Shown in pieces: positions 8,988 through 18,402 of a stretch of 64,000 nucleotides of DNA. Positions within the stretch are counted from its first letter, which is position 1. The number at the start of each line of letters is the position of its first letter. The stretch is from Candidatus Poriferihabitaceae bacterium (GTDB taxonomy: Bacteria > Pseudomonadota > Gammaproteobacteria > Arenicellales > Poriferihabitantaceae): contig OZ241969.1 in the NCBI GenBank assembly GCA_965204165.1, positions 771,461 through 835,460 of the forward strand, in the 5' to 3' direction. The notes below the pieces were generated by a model that was not told where the DNA came from, did no database searches, and worked only from the letters and a program-made list of their open reading frames with translations. A program made the translations under genes and the position numbers.

Positions 8988-10253
8988 ATGAAGCTTGAAA
9001 AAACCAGGATATCGAGGCGGACGGTGGAGTCGCTGCGGGTGGAGAAGGACACCGTGTTCTGGGATTCGGAACTGGCGGGATTCGGTGTCCGGGCGTATCC
9101 CTCGGGGAGCCGGTACTACATCGTCCAGGCCCGGGAGAGGGGGAAGCCGGCGAAGCGGGTGACGGTCGGACGCCACGGCGTGCTCACGGCGGACGAGGCC
9201 CGCCGGCGGGCGGCGCGGATCATCACCCGGATCAAGGCCGGTGAGGATCCGTCCCCGGAGCCGGAATCGGCGCGGGATGCCGACTCCCCGACGGTGAGGG
9301 AGATCGCTGAGCGGTGGATGGAGCAGCATGTGAACACCCACTGCAAGGAGAAGACGAGGGTGATGTACCGGCTGATCGTGGACCGGCACATCCTGCCGGC
9401 ACTGGGACGCAGTTCCGCATTGGGCGTTACCCATGCGGTGGTGGTGGATTTCCACCATTCCCTCAGATCAACTCCGACCATGGCGAATCACTCCGTGCGG
9501 GTGCTGTCGCGGATGTGGAGCGCGGCGGAGGCCCGGGGGGAATTGCCCGAGGGCAGGAATCCATGCCGGCGGGTGTCGGGCTACCGGGAGAACCGCAGGG
9601 AGCGGTTCCTGAGCGAGGCGGAGTTCAAGCGCCTCGGCGAGGCCCTTGCCGACTGGAGGAACATCGGTGGGGTATCGGCCTATGCCGTGGCGGCGATCCG
9701 GTTGCTGCTCCTGACCGGCTGCCGGAAGAACGAGATACTGGAGCTGGAATGGGAGCGTGTCGATCTCAAGGCCGGGGAACTGAAGCTGGAAGAAACCAAG
9801 ACGGGGGCGCGGACGGTGATCCTTTCGCCGGAGGCGGTTGAAGTGCTCAAGGGGATACCGAGGGTCGAGGGCAATCCCCATGTCATCCCGGGGCAGGTCA
9901 AGGGGAAACGTCTCATGAACCTGAATGCGCCGTGGAGGGTGATCTGCAAGCATGCCGACCTCGAGGATCTGCGCATTCACGACATCCGCCATTCCTTCGC
10001 GTCTCGGGCTTTGGCCTTGGGGGAGAGCCTTCCGGCCATCGGCCGCCTTCTCGGCCACAGCCGGGTGGAGACAACGGCGCGTTATGCGCACCTCGGGCGG
10101 GAGACGGTTCGGGAGGCGGCGCTGCGGATATCGGACAGCATTGCCTCTGACATTCTACCGGGGTATGTTCCCGCCGGTATTGTGGCAGGAAAACCGGAGA
10201 GGAACACGGTAAGGGATACGGGCGATGGCGCAGGTTCCAGGGCTGCGGCATAA
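8988..10253 (+). CDS. P4-type tyrosine integrase, second of tandem pair A, paralogue of the first
   Basis: 421 aa with the same architecture: WDSELAGFGVRAYPSGSRYY; AIRLLLLTGCRKNE; RIHDIRHSFASRALALGESLPAIGRLLGHSRVETTARYAHL. Confidence 0.9.
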   Translation: MKLEKTRISRRTVESLRVEKDTVFWDSELAGFGVRAYPSGSRYYIVQARERGKPAKRVTVGRHGVLTADEARRRAARIITRIKAGEDPSPEPESARDADSPTVREIAERWMEQHVNTHCKEKTRVMYRLIVDRHILPALGRSSALGVTHAVVVDFHHSLRSTPTMANHSVRVLSRMWSAAEARGELPEGRNPCRRVSGYRENRRERFLSEAEFKRLGEALADWRNIGGVSAYAVAAIRLLLLTGCRKNEILELEWERVDLKAGELKLEETKTGARTVILSPEAVEVLKGIPRVEGNPHVIPGQVKGKRLMNLNAPWRVICKHADLEDLRIHDIRHSFASRALALGESLPAIGRLLGHSRVETTARYAHLGRETVREAALRISDSIASDILPGYVPAGIVAGKPERNTVRDTGDGAGSRAAA

Positions 10254-10288
10254 TGCATGGAAATTGACCACGCCCATGTAAGAAATAC

Positions 10289-10519
10289 ATGAAGGAACCC
10301 CCGGATATCGAAAGGCTGGAGCGCGAGTACGCAGATATGCTTTTGTGCCTCGGGCTGATCGGCCCGGAGGGCAATGTGGTGGCCGGCGTCGAGCGTATTC
10401 TTGTGGAAATTGCCAATGGCGAGGATCGGGAACGAGCCTCCCTGGCGAAGCACGCGATAGAGATGATGGATACGCTTGATCGATCGGCAAAATTACGGGA
10501 GCCAAAGACGGGGAAGTAA
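10289..10519 (+). CDS. Hypothetical small helical protein (76 aa)
   Basis: ORF only. Plausible composition, no recognisable motif. Confidence 0.3.
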   Translation: MKEPPDIERLEREYADMLLCLGLIGPEGNVVAGVERILVEIANGEDRERASLAKHAIEMMDTLDRSAKLREPKTGK

Positions 10520-10729
10520 TCGGGACTTGTACCGAGAGGCTTATATCCATGGATTTTGCCAGATTCCCTAAACGATGTTCAGCACATATTCGGATTTCAT
10601 TATTTCGGGTCCTTCAGGGTCATCGGCCGCATGCAAATTTCGGGTGTGAATTAGCCGACTTCGCTGTTTCTGCAGCGATATTCACGATCCATCTGTTCAA
10701 CCGTTATCGTTGTTCCTCGACATTTTTCT

Positions 10730-11557
10730 CTACTGCCGTGACCGCGGCAGTCTGGCGCATTCAAGCCAGTGCCTGATGTCCCAGTACCGTCTTGCATTGC
10801 CCGAGGTGCTCGGGAGTACAAACACTACAGTTCCTGCAAGTGGCTCAGCCTGATACCCGTAGTCGACATCGCTTTGGTCAAGCGCAATCTTCGCTGCCTT
10901 CTTGCCGTTGAAAGCGAGTACGCTGGGGCTTATAGACAGAACCTTTTGCCAGAACCCTTGCACATCGAAATCTTCTTGATTGAGGTCGGAATCAGTTCCG
11001 CTCGCATGCTTGACCAGATCAGTAAGTCCGATCCCGTATTCCGTCAGAGTGGCAAACTCTTCCGGGGCCAACTGCCGTGGCGTCAGGCCTGTTTCGTGGA
11101 GAGTTCGCCAGAACCGGTTCCCATTGCCGGCATAGTAGGTTCCGGTGGCAGCCGAAAGGGGACCTGGGGCCATCCCGCAGATCAACAGTCCAAGGTCTGG
11201 GCGCAGCACGTCGGGAAGAACCGGAGCATGGGCCGGACTGTGCATGGCTGAACCGAGGGATGCTGCCGGCTTCGGATTGCGTGAACCCGCCGGGCTATCC
11301 CGTGTGATGGGGCGGGTTCCAATAATTTGGATGATGCCCTTCTTGATGATTGCTTCAAAGTGGGCTTCGGTGAATCCCCTGCCGCTATTGTCAAAATCCG
11401 AGATGAAGAAACAGTAGTATTGCCGGAGATGCCTGCGAAGGCCCTTTTGCATCGCACGGTCGGCATTGCGAAGCTCCCGGAGAATTCCGCGAATTGCGTC
11501 TGCGTCAGCAATCGAATATTCAGATTTCCCCTTCATCACACCTGGAATGCAGGCCAT
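10730..11557 (-). CDS. Mug/TDG-like (UDG family 2) DNA glycosylase with an unassigned ~100-aa N-terminal extension
   Basis: The C-terminal ~165 aa parallels E. coli Mug: LLICGMAPGPLSA (GINPG-type), YYAGNGNRFWRTLHETGLTPRQLAPEE, GIGLTDLV, VFVLPSTSGNARRYW (NPSG-type). The start is uncertain, either 11557 or 11536. Confidence 0.7.
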   Translation of the reverse strand: MACIPGVMKGKSEYSIADADAIRGILRELRNADRAMQKGLRRHLRQYYCFFISDFDNSGRGFTEAHFEAIIKKGIIQIIGTRPITRDSPAGSRNPKPAASLGSAMHSPAHAPVLPDVLRPDLGLLICGMAPGPLSAATGTYYAGNGNRFWRTLHETGLTPRQLAPEEFATLTEYGIGLTDLVKHASGTDSDLNQEDFDVQGFWQKVLSISPSVLAFNGKKAAKIALDQSDVDYGYQAEPLAGTVVFVLPSTSGNARRYWDIRHWLECARLPRSRQ

Positions 11558-11909
11558 TAATTACCGTGATTGAATTTTGCTGGGGTCCCGGCAGTCAATC
11601 CATGGAGAGACGCCCCCGTCAGTAGTTTTCGGGTCACCTTGCAGGTTTTCGGCAATGCCTGGTTCACCAGAGGAAGGGGAAACTAATATGCCCCGGCAAA
11701 TTCACATGGAGGTTTTCAAGATGTCAAAAAAAGCAAGCTTGGGGGTTATCAAAATAGACATCGGCTCTGTCGGTAAATCCACAATCGATGTTTAAGCCAT
11801 ATTGTAACTACTCACCCCTTATTTGCCCCATATCCCATCTGTAGGTTGACAGTATAGAATATTTTCCCTATCGTTCGGGTTTCGGACCACGAGACGAACC
11901 CGCACACAG

Positions 11910-12599
11910 ATGGGGAACCGCTATTTCGGCTCCAAGGGAGCTTCGGGGCTGTGCCAGCCTCTGATCGCCCTGATGCCGCCGCACTCGGTGTATATCGAAA
12001 CCCACCTTGGCGGTGGGGCGATCATGAAGCGCAAGCCGGGGGCCCTGCGGAACATCGGCATAGACTGCAACGCCAGGGCGCTGGAAGGATTCCAGTGCGA
12101 CTATCCGGTGGAACTGGTGCATGGCTGCTGTCACCGGTATCTCCGGACGTTTCCGTTTGACGGCACGGAACTGGTCTACTGCGACCCGCCGTATCTGCAA
12201 AGTACGCGCAAGTCGGGCCGCCGCTACCGGCACGACTACAGGAACAGCGACCACGAGGGCTTGCTGGCGCTGATCCGCGGCCTTCCCTGCTCGGTGATGA
12301 TCTCGGGGTATCCTTCGCGGATGTACGACGACTGGCTGGGGGATTGGGGCAGCGTGTCGCTTCAGGTGATGAACCAGGCGGGTGTGGTGACGGAGAAGGT
12401 GTGGTTCAACTTCACGCCGGACCGGGTTCACTGGCCGCGTTATGCGGGCCGGAACTTCACCCATCGCCAGGCGGTGAAGCGCAAGGCCCAGAGTTGGGGC
12501 CGGCGCTACCGGGGGATGCCGCATGGGGAACGCCTGGCGGTGCTGTCGGCGATGATGGCGGTGGAGGCGGAGGAGGCCGTGGAGGCGAGGGAGGAGTGA
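11910..12599 (+). CDS. D12-class (Dam-like) N6-adenine DNA methyltransferase-like protein inside the IS66-like element
   Basis: 229 aa. Motifs: YFGSKG..., YIETHLGGGAI (FxGxG-type), LVYCDPPYL (DPPY), NSDHEGLLALI...VMISGY. The stop lies 4 nt before the transposase ATG. Confidence 0.75.
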   Translation: MGNRYFGSKGASGLCQPLIALMPPHSVYIETHLGGGAIMKRKPGALRNIGIDCNARALEGFQCDYPVELVHGCCHRYLRTFPFDGTELVYCDPPYLQSTRKSGRRYRHDYRNSDHEGLLALIRGLPCSVMISGYPSRMYDDWLGDWGSVSLQVMNQAGVVTEKVWFNFTPDRVHWPRYAGRNFTHRQAVKRKAQSWGRRYRGMPHGERLAVLSAMMAVEAEEAVEAREE

Positions 12600-12603
12600 A
12601 TCC

Positions 12604-14061
12604 ATGGGGACGGTGAACCGGGTTGCGCTGCGCGAGGAGTTCGATGCGCACCGGGAGAGTTTCCGGTCACTGTGCAGGGAGGGCAAGGTCAGCGCGGAAT
12701 GCGAGGTGCTGTTCAACGCCCTGTTGATGCTGATGGAGTTGATGATGGCGGTGTTCATGGAAAAGACCACCCGCAAGACGCCGGTGAACGCGAGCCTGCC
12801 GCCGTCCCGTGAGGGGAAGGATGAGACCGCGGCACGCCCCGGGAGCCGTGGCAGGGGACCGGAGCAGCCGCACTGGGAAACGGGCCATACCCGTCTGGTG
12901 AGTGAAACCGGGGTATCCCCGGTGACGGAATGTTCGGCCTGCGGCAGGAACCTGGTGCGGGTACGGTGCGAGGGCCATGAGCGTCGCACCCTGGTGGACA
13001 TCGTGTTCGAGACCCGGGAATACCACGTGGATGCCGAGATCAAGACCTGTCCGCGCTGCCATGCCGAGAACCGGGGCGCCTTTCCGGACGGCCTGCCGGG
13101 TCCGCTGCAGTACGGACACGGCATCATCGCGTTCGCCGCCCACCTGATGGTGGCGCAGATGGTGCCGCTGAAGCGTGTGGTCCAGACCATGAAGGCGATG
13201 ACGGGACGGGCCATTGCCGAGGCGACCCTGCTGGCCTGGCTGCTGCGCCTGCACGATGCCCTGGCGGACTGGGAGGCTGCCGCCGTCGAGTGCCTGCTGG
13301 CCGCGCCGGCGCTGCATGTGGACGAGACCTCGATCCGCATCGACCGCAAGAACCACTGGCTGCACGACTGCAGCGCCGGAGACCTCACCCTGAAGTTCTG
13401 CCACCCCAAGCGGGGCGGCGAGGCGATCCGGGACATCGGCATCATCCCCCGGTACGGCGGCGTCCTGGTCCATGACCGCTGGGCCAGCTATCTTGCCTGT
13501 GACCACTGCGACCACGCCCTGTGCGGCGGCCACCTCCTGCGGGATCTGCAGTTCCTCATCGACGCCCATGATCCGGCCTGGGCGAGGCGGATGAAGAAAC
13601 TGCTCCGGGACGCCGCCCGCAAGGTCAGGGAAAGCCCGGACAAGGTGCTGTCCGCAAAAGAATGCGCCGCCCTGCAAAAGCGCTACCGGACCATCCTGAC
13701 CCAGGGGAAGAAGGAACTCCCGGCAACCCCTGTGCGCACCGGCGGGAAAAAGCGCGGGCGCATCGCGAAATCCGACGCGGAGAACCTGTGGGAGGCCATG
13801 GGAAAGCATGAAACCGAAGTCCTGCGGTTCGCCAGGGACCCCGCGGTCAGCTTCACCAACAACCTGTCCGAAAGGAACCTCCGGATGGCCAAGGTCAAGC
13901 AGAAAGTGTCCGGCTGTTTCCGTACATACAAATACGCCGTCGCATGGTGCCGGGTCTCAAGCTATCTGCTGTCCATGTCCTATCAGGGTTACAATCCTCT
14001 TGCCGCCATCGAGATCGCTCTCAAGGGAAAGGCCGCCCACATGCTCAAGACACCTGAATGA
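12604..14061 (+). CDS. IS66-family transposase (TnpC type)
   Basis: 485 aa. Motifs: zinc-finger CSACG...CPRCH, LHVDETSIRI, VLVHDRWASY, CGGHLLRDL, FTNNLSERNLRMAKVKQKVSGCFR. Confidence 0.9.
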   Translation: MGTVNRVALREEFDAHRESFRSLCREGKVSAECEVLFNALLMLMELMMAVFMEKTTRKTPVNASLPPSREGKDETAARPGSRGRGPEQPHWETGHTRLVSETGVSPVTECSACGRNLVRVRCEGHERRTLVDIVFETREYHVDAEIKTCPRCHAENRGAFPDGLPGPLQYGHGIIAFAAHLMVAQMVPLKRVVQTMKAMTGRAIAEATLLAWLLRLHDALADWEAAAVECLLAAPALHVDETSIRIDRKNHWLHDCSAGDLTLKFCHPKRGGEAIRDIGIIPRYGGVLVHDRWASYLACDHCDHALCGGHLLRDLQFLIDAHDPAWARRMKKLLRDAARKVRESPDKVLSAKECAALQKRYRTILTQGKKELPATPVRTGGKKRGRIAKSDAENLWEAMGKHETEVLRFARDPAVSFTNNLSERNLRMAKVKQKVSGCFRTYKYAVAWCRVSSYLLSMSYQGYNPLAAIEIALKGKAAHMLKTPE

Positions 14062-14094
14062 CCTTCAGGTGCTCCACAGGGGGCTAGTAGTTAC

Positions 14095-14106
14095 GCCATA
14101 TTTTCC
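14095..14106 (+). repeat. 12-bp direct repeat GCCATATTTTCC, copy 2; its first 8 bp are also the IS66 TSD
   Basis: Exact match to 7662-7673. It is followed by a partial tandem ATATTTTCCG (14107-14116). Confidence 0.5.
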
Positions 14107-14287
14107 ATATTTTCCGCATGGAAACACCCCCCCGGATCGCTGTAGAATCGTATGCGTACCAAGTGGGTATGCCTTTTGCGGTATCGGCAAGTACATTCGG
14201 GCCATGCTGTTGATTCATGTGGCATGGCGGATGAATTGACATTGGCACTTGGCCGTGCCGGAACGATAGGTTTGTGCTGGAGGTTGT

Positions 14288-15982
14288 ATGGCGGTTTATG
14301 CGACGAAGGTGGAGGGACTGAGCCTGGGTGCGGGCGATTCGGACGTGAAGATGCTGATTGCGGACTTCCCGTTCGATTACGGAAATTTCCTTGCCAATGC
14401 GTCTGCGCAGGGCATTGGGGAAATACCTTCGGAGAAGTACGGCACGCCGGTTGCCGTGGTCGGCGGTGGAGTTGCCGGGATCACCGCCGCATACGAGTTG
14501 ATGAGGATCGGCCTGAAGCCGGTGGTCTACGAAGACCAGGTGCTGGGATTGGGCGGCAGGTTCAGGAGTCGCTACCTTTTCGATGGCACCGATGCTTTCG
14601 CGGAAATGGGCGCGATGAGATTCCCGCTTTCCGCGACGGGGCTCTTCCATTATATCGGGCTGCTGGACCTGAAGACCGAGCCTTTCCCGAACCCGCTCAC
14701 TGCGGCGGCCCGCAGCACCCTGATCGATCTCCTGGGTGAGACATACTATATCGAGGGGACCGGACCGGTTCCGGAGAAGTTCGCAAGCATTGCTGCGAAG
14801 TGGAACCAGGCCCTGGAGGACCACTTCCAGTTCACCCGGATGCAGACGGCCATCAAGGAGAACGATACGGCGACCATAAAGTCCATCTGGAACCGGATAG
14901 TCAGGCAGTACGACGACGTCAGCTTCCACCGGTTCCTGGTGGAAGCCGGTTTCACCTATGACGAGATCTACGTTTTCGGGCAGGTGGGTTTCGGGTCGGG
15001 CGGCTGGAACACGGACTACCCGAATTCCATTCTGGAGGTTTTGCGGGTGGTGTACGTCAATGCGGACGACAATCACCAGAGGATCGTCGACGGGACCACG
15101 GCGCTCGTGGAAGGGCTATGGGAGCGGGAACCGGCCGACATCAAGCATTGGCCTGCGGGAACCAGTCTGAAATCCTTGAATGGCGGCTTTACGTCGCCCG
15201 GGGTCGTGTCGATTGATCCGGGCCGGGGTGGCGGCGTTCAGGTCACCGCCATTGGCGATCCGACGACCTACGAGGCGGTGATCGTCACGCCAGAGAAGCG
15301 GGTACTGCGAAGCGGCGGAATCCGGATCGACGGATCACTGTTCGGGCCGGACATATTCACGGCGATGGACAACACCCATTACGAGTTGTCGGGCAAGGTG
15401 TTCTCCAAGGCCGAGAGCCCGATCTGGCAGGAGAAGAATGAGTCGGGACGTTACAGGATGAGCATGACGCTCAGCGACCGCCTGACCCGGGGCACTTATC
15501 TTTTCGATGAATCCGGAGGCATTCCGATGGTCTGCCTGTCGTATACCTGGAATGACGACACCCTCAAATTCCTGCCGTTCGAAGCCAGGGACCAGTTCAG
15601 CCGCTGTGCACAGGTACTGCAGGACATCTATCCCGACGAATCGCTGGGCGCACTGTTCCAGGGCCAGCCCATCAGCCTGATTTGGGATCTGGAGCCTCTG
15701 TTCATCGGGGCATCCAAAAACAATCTTCCCGGACAGTATCGGATACAGCGGGACCTGTTTACGGCGTTCCGGGAGGATGACACATCGGTGGCGCAAGGCA
15801 TTTTCCTGGCGGGCGACGATGTCTCCTGGACGGGCGGCTGGAGTGAAGGTGCGATACATTCGGGCATCAATGCCGCCTGGGGGGTGTTGAATCATCTGGG
15901 AGGAAAGACCTGGTCGGACAATCCGGGTCCCGGGGATGAGTCGATGTACAGCAAGCTGTCTCCGGTCAAACTGGATGAGTGA
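14288..15982 (+). CDS. Flavin-dependent amino-acid 2-monooxygenase / amine oxidase (DavB lysine 2-monooxygenase / IaaM tryptophan 2-monooxygenase family)
   Basis: 564 aa with GGAGG before the ATG. FAD dinucleotide fold is VAVVGGGVAGITAAYEL. Other motifs: EMGAMRFP, FGQVGFGSGGW, MTLSDRLTRGTYLFD, LSYTWNDD, FLAGDDVSWTGGWSEGA, NPGPGD. All match DavB/IaaM as I recall them. Confidence 0.8.
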   Translation: MAVYATKVEGLSLGAGDSDVKMLIADFPFDYGNFLANASAQGIGEIPSEKYGTPVAVVGGGVAGITAAYELMRIGLKPVVYEDQVLGLGGRFRSRYLFDGTDAFAEMGAMRFPLSATGLFHYIGLLDLKTEPFPNPLTAAARSTLIDLLGETYYIEGTGPVPEKFASIAAKWNQALEDHFQFTRMQTAIKENDTATIKSIWNRIVRQYDDVSFHRFLVEAGFTYDEIYVFGQVGFGSGGWNTDYPNSILEVLRVVYVNADDNHQRIVDGTTALVEGLWEREPADIKHWPAGTSLKSLNGGFTSPGVVSIDPGRGGGVQVTAIGDPTTYEAVIVTPEKRVLRSGGIRIDGSLFGPDIFTAMDNTHYELSGKVFSKAESPIWQEKNESGRYRMSMTLSDRLTRGTYLFDESGGIPMVCLSYTWNDDTLKFLPFEARDQFSRCAQVLQDIYPDESLGALFQGQPISLIWDLEPLFIGASKNNLPGQYRIQRDLFTAFREDDTSVAQGIFLAGDDVSWTGGWSEGAIHSGINAAWGVLNHLGGKTWSDNPGPGDESMYSKLSPVKLDE

Positions 15983-16121
15983 ACAACAGAAACAGCGTTC
16001 GGAGGGAGCCGGTGTACTTTGTCGTGTTTTCATCGGAAACCGGGGCGGAGGAGGTTTCCCGTCCGGTATGCGCCGATGAAGTTCCAGACCAATGAGCCAG
16101 ACTTATTATGAGGTAGTCATC

Positions 16122-17252
16122 ATGAAAGAACCCAATGAAACGAAGCGCAAGGCAGACACGCATCAGGCAATCGAAGCCGTCGGCAGGCGGAAGTTCCTGG
16201 CCGCGTCGGCGGCGGCCGCGGCGGGTGTCTCGCTGTCGGGATTTCCGATGCTGTCCCTCGGGCAGTCACAGCCCTTGAAGGTTGGCGCCTATGGAGGGTA
16301 CTTCAAGGATTCGTTCGACCAGTTCATCTTTCCGGAGTTCACGAAGGCGACGGGCATCGAGGTGGAGTCCGTGGCGGAGCCCACGGGCGAGGCGTGGCTG
16401 GCCCAGCTGGACGCTGCGGCGTCGGCCGGCGCCGCTCCGGCGGACGTGTCCATGATCGCCCAGGTCCCCATGCTCAAGGGCCAGAAGACGGAACTCTGGC
16501 TGCCGCTGGACGAGGGAAAGCTGCCGAATCTCGGAAACGTCTCCGCGAATTTCGTGCACCGTTATCCGGACGGCCGCCTGGATGGGGTGGGGGCCGTGGC
16601 CTGGTACATCACCCTGGTTACGAACACCGATGCGTATCCGCAGGCCCCCGAGAGCTGGAATGAACTGTGGAATCCCGTAAACAGGGACCGTCTCGGCTTG
16701 CTGGCGCTGGTGACCAACTCCTTCCTGCTGGAGATCACGGCGGCGACGTTTTTCGGTTCGACCGACGTTCTTGACGACGAGGCGGGGCAACTGGAAGTCT
16801 TCGCAAAGCTCGCGGAACTCAAGGCCAACGTGGCGCTTTGGTACCGGGACGAAGCCCAGTTCGAACAGGCCCTGAAGTCCGGCGAGATTCCGATGGGACA
16901 GTATTACCATGACGTGGCGGGACTGGCCGCGGCCGACGGCTTCCCCGTCCGGACGACTTTCCCGAAGGAGGGAGGGGTCAGCGATTCCGGCCTGTGGGCG
17001 GTGTCGAGGGCGTCGAAGATGGTGGAGGAATCGCATGTCTTCATCGACTACATGTGCCGCCCGGAGGTCCAGTCGCTGCTTTCCCTGAATGTCGGCACCG
17101 CGCCTACGGTGCCGCGGAGCATGCTGGACCTGACCGACGATGAATTCATGTCGGTTTCCAGCGAAATCGACCCGATCGTCCCCCGTTACGACCTGTATGA
17201 CCGCAAGGGGGACTGGCTTGCCCAGAAGTGGTCCGAACTGATCGTCGGCTGA
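16122..17252 (+). CDS. ABC transporter periplasmic substrate-binding protein (PotD/PotF-like family 1)
   Basis: Twin-arginine-like signal GRRKFLAASAAAAAGVSL. The size and position ahead of an ATPase and two permeases fit this call. Start chosen at the ATG with GAGG upstream; the track start is 16092. Confidence 0.8.
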   Translation: MKEPNETKRKADTHQAIEAVGRRKFLAASAAAAAGVSLSGFPMLSLGQSQPLKVGAYGGYFKDSFDQFIFPEFTKATGIEVESVAEPTGEAWLAQLDAAASAGAAPADVSMIAQVPMLKGQKTELWLPLDEGKLPNLGNVSANFVHRYPDGRLDGVGAVAWYITLVTNTDAYPQAPESWNELWNPVNRDRLGLLALVTNSFLLEITAATFFGSTDVLDDEAGQLEVFAKLAELKANVALWYRDEAQFEQALKSGEIPMGQYYHDVAGLAAADGFPVRTTFPKEGGVSDSGLWAVSRASKMVEESHVFIDYMCRPEVQSLLSLNVGTAPTVPRSMLDLTDDEFMSVSSEIDPIVPRYDLYDRKGDWLAQKWSELIVG

Positions 17253-17298
17253 AACCGTGCGGAGATGGTCCTGACCCTGAGGCAGGAGGTCAGGCAAG

Positions 17299-18402
17299 AT
17301 GTCCAGCCTGTGTATTGAGGGCGTCAGCAAGCGGTTCGGCACGTTCGACGCCCTGACGGACATCCACCTGTCGATCCCGGCGGGCAGCCTGCTCTGCCTG
17401 CTGGGCCCGTCCGGCTGCGGCAAGACGACCATTCTCCGGATCGTCGCCGGCCTGGAGGCGCCGGACGGCGGCCGGGTATTGCTGGATGGTTCGGATTTGC
17501 TGGCGCTGCCCCCGCACAAGAGGGACATCGGCATGGTGTTCCAGTCCCATGCCCTGTTTCCCCATCTGGACGTTTTCGGGAACATTGCGTACGGGCTTCG
17601 CATGGGCGGTTTGCCCAAGGCCTCCATTGCGCATCGCGTCGCCGAATTGCTGGAACTGATCCGGTTGCCCGGCGCGGCGGGGAAACATGTGTTCCAGCTG
17701 TCCGGCGGCGAGCGGCAGCGCGTGGCCATCGCCCGCGCGCTGGCCCGGCGCCCGAAGCTGTTCCTGCTGGACGAGCCCACTTCCGCGCTGGATGCGAACC
17801 TGCGGGAAACGATGCAGATCGAATTGCGCAGGCTGCAACAGTCCCTGGGAATCACCACCATTGTGGTCACCCATGACCAGTCCGAGGCCATGACCATTTC
17901 CGACCGGATCGCCGTGATGCGGCATGGAACGGTGGAGCAGTCGGGCCACCCGATGGAAGTATACGACCGCCCCGGGACGGAATTCGTGGCCAGGTTCATC
18001 GGCGCCATGAATATCCTGGAATGCGACTGGGAAAACGATTCCGCATGGCTCGGGAATGTCCGCCTCGAGACAGGGCCCGAGAATCGCTCCGGGAATTCCG
18101 GAAGGGCATCGGTCAGGGTGGCGATCCGACCCGAAAGGGTGGCGCTGGAGAACGTCGGGGCAAACGGGGAAAACGGGGGAACCGGGATTGCCGATGACGG
18201 CCCGAACAGGTTGCGCGGAACGATCGACTTTATACGCAACACCGGCAATCTCGTCGAGGTTCACGCGAATTGCGGTCCGGCAAGGATTGTCCATGCCTTC
18301 TCCCCGCGGGCCGGAGGGGACCCGGGCTTCTGTGAGGGAGACGGCATCGTGGCGCACCTGCCCCCCGAACATTGCCACCTCTATGGCAACGAAGACCGAT
18401 GA
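17299..18402 (+). CDS. ABC transporter ATP-binding protein (PotA-like)
   Basis: Walker A LLGPSGCGKTT, signature LSGGERQRVAIARAL, Walker B LFLLDEPTSALD, and a C-terminal TOBE-like region. AGGAGG precedes the ATG. Confidence 0.9.
   Translation: MSSLCIEGVSKRFGTFDALTDIHLSIPAGSLLCLLGPSGCGKTTILRIVAGLEAPDGGRVLLDGSDLLALPPHKRDIGMVFQSHALFPHLDVFGNIAYGLRMGGLPKASIAHRVAELLELIRLPGAAGKHVFQLSGGERQRVAIARALARRPKLFLLDEPTSALDANLRETMQIELRRLQQSLGITTIVVTHDQSEAMTISDRIAVMRHGTVEQSGHPMEVYDRPGTEFVARFIGAMNILECDWENDSAWLGNVRLETGPENRSGNSGRASVRVAIRPERVALENVGANGENGGTGIADDGPNRLRGTIDFIRNTGNLVEVHANCGPARIVHAFSPRAGGDPGFCEGDGIVAHLPPEHCHLYGNEDR

Larger units (their letters stand above)
11804..14094 (+). mobile_element. IS66-family insertion sequence (2,291 bp) carrying a Dam-like ORF plus a TnpC-type transposase
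   Basis: Terminal inverted repeats are GTAACTACTCACCCC (11804-11818) and GGGGCTAGTAGTTAC (14080-14094). They are flanked by an exact 8-bp direct duplication GCCATATT (11796-11803 and 14095-14102). An 8-bp TSD is the IS66 hallmark. Confidence 0.8.

Noticed and set aside
16266-18378. ORFs 16266-18248 (-, 660 aa) and 17290-18378 (-, 362 aa)
   Set aside because: They are antisense to the substrate-binding and ATPase genes, which have clear Walker and signature motifs. Their composition is Arg/Pro-rich.
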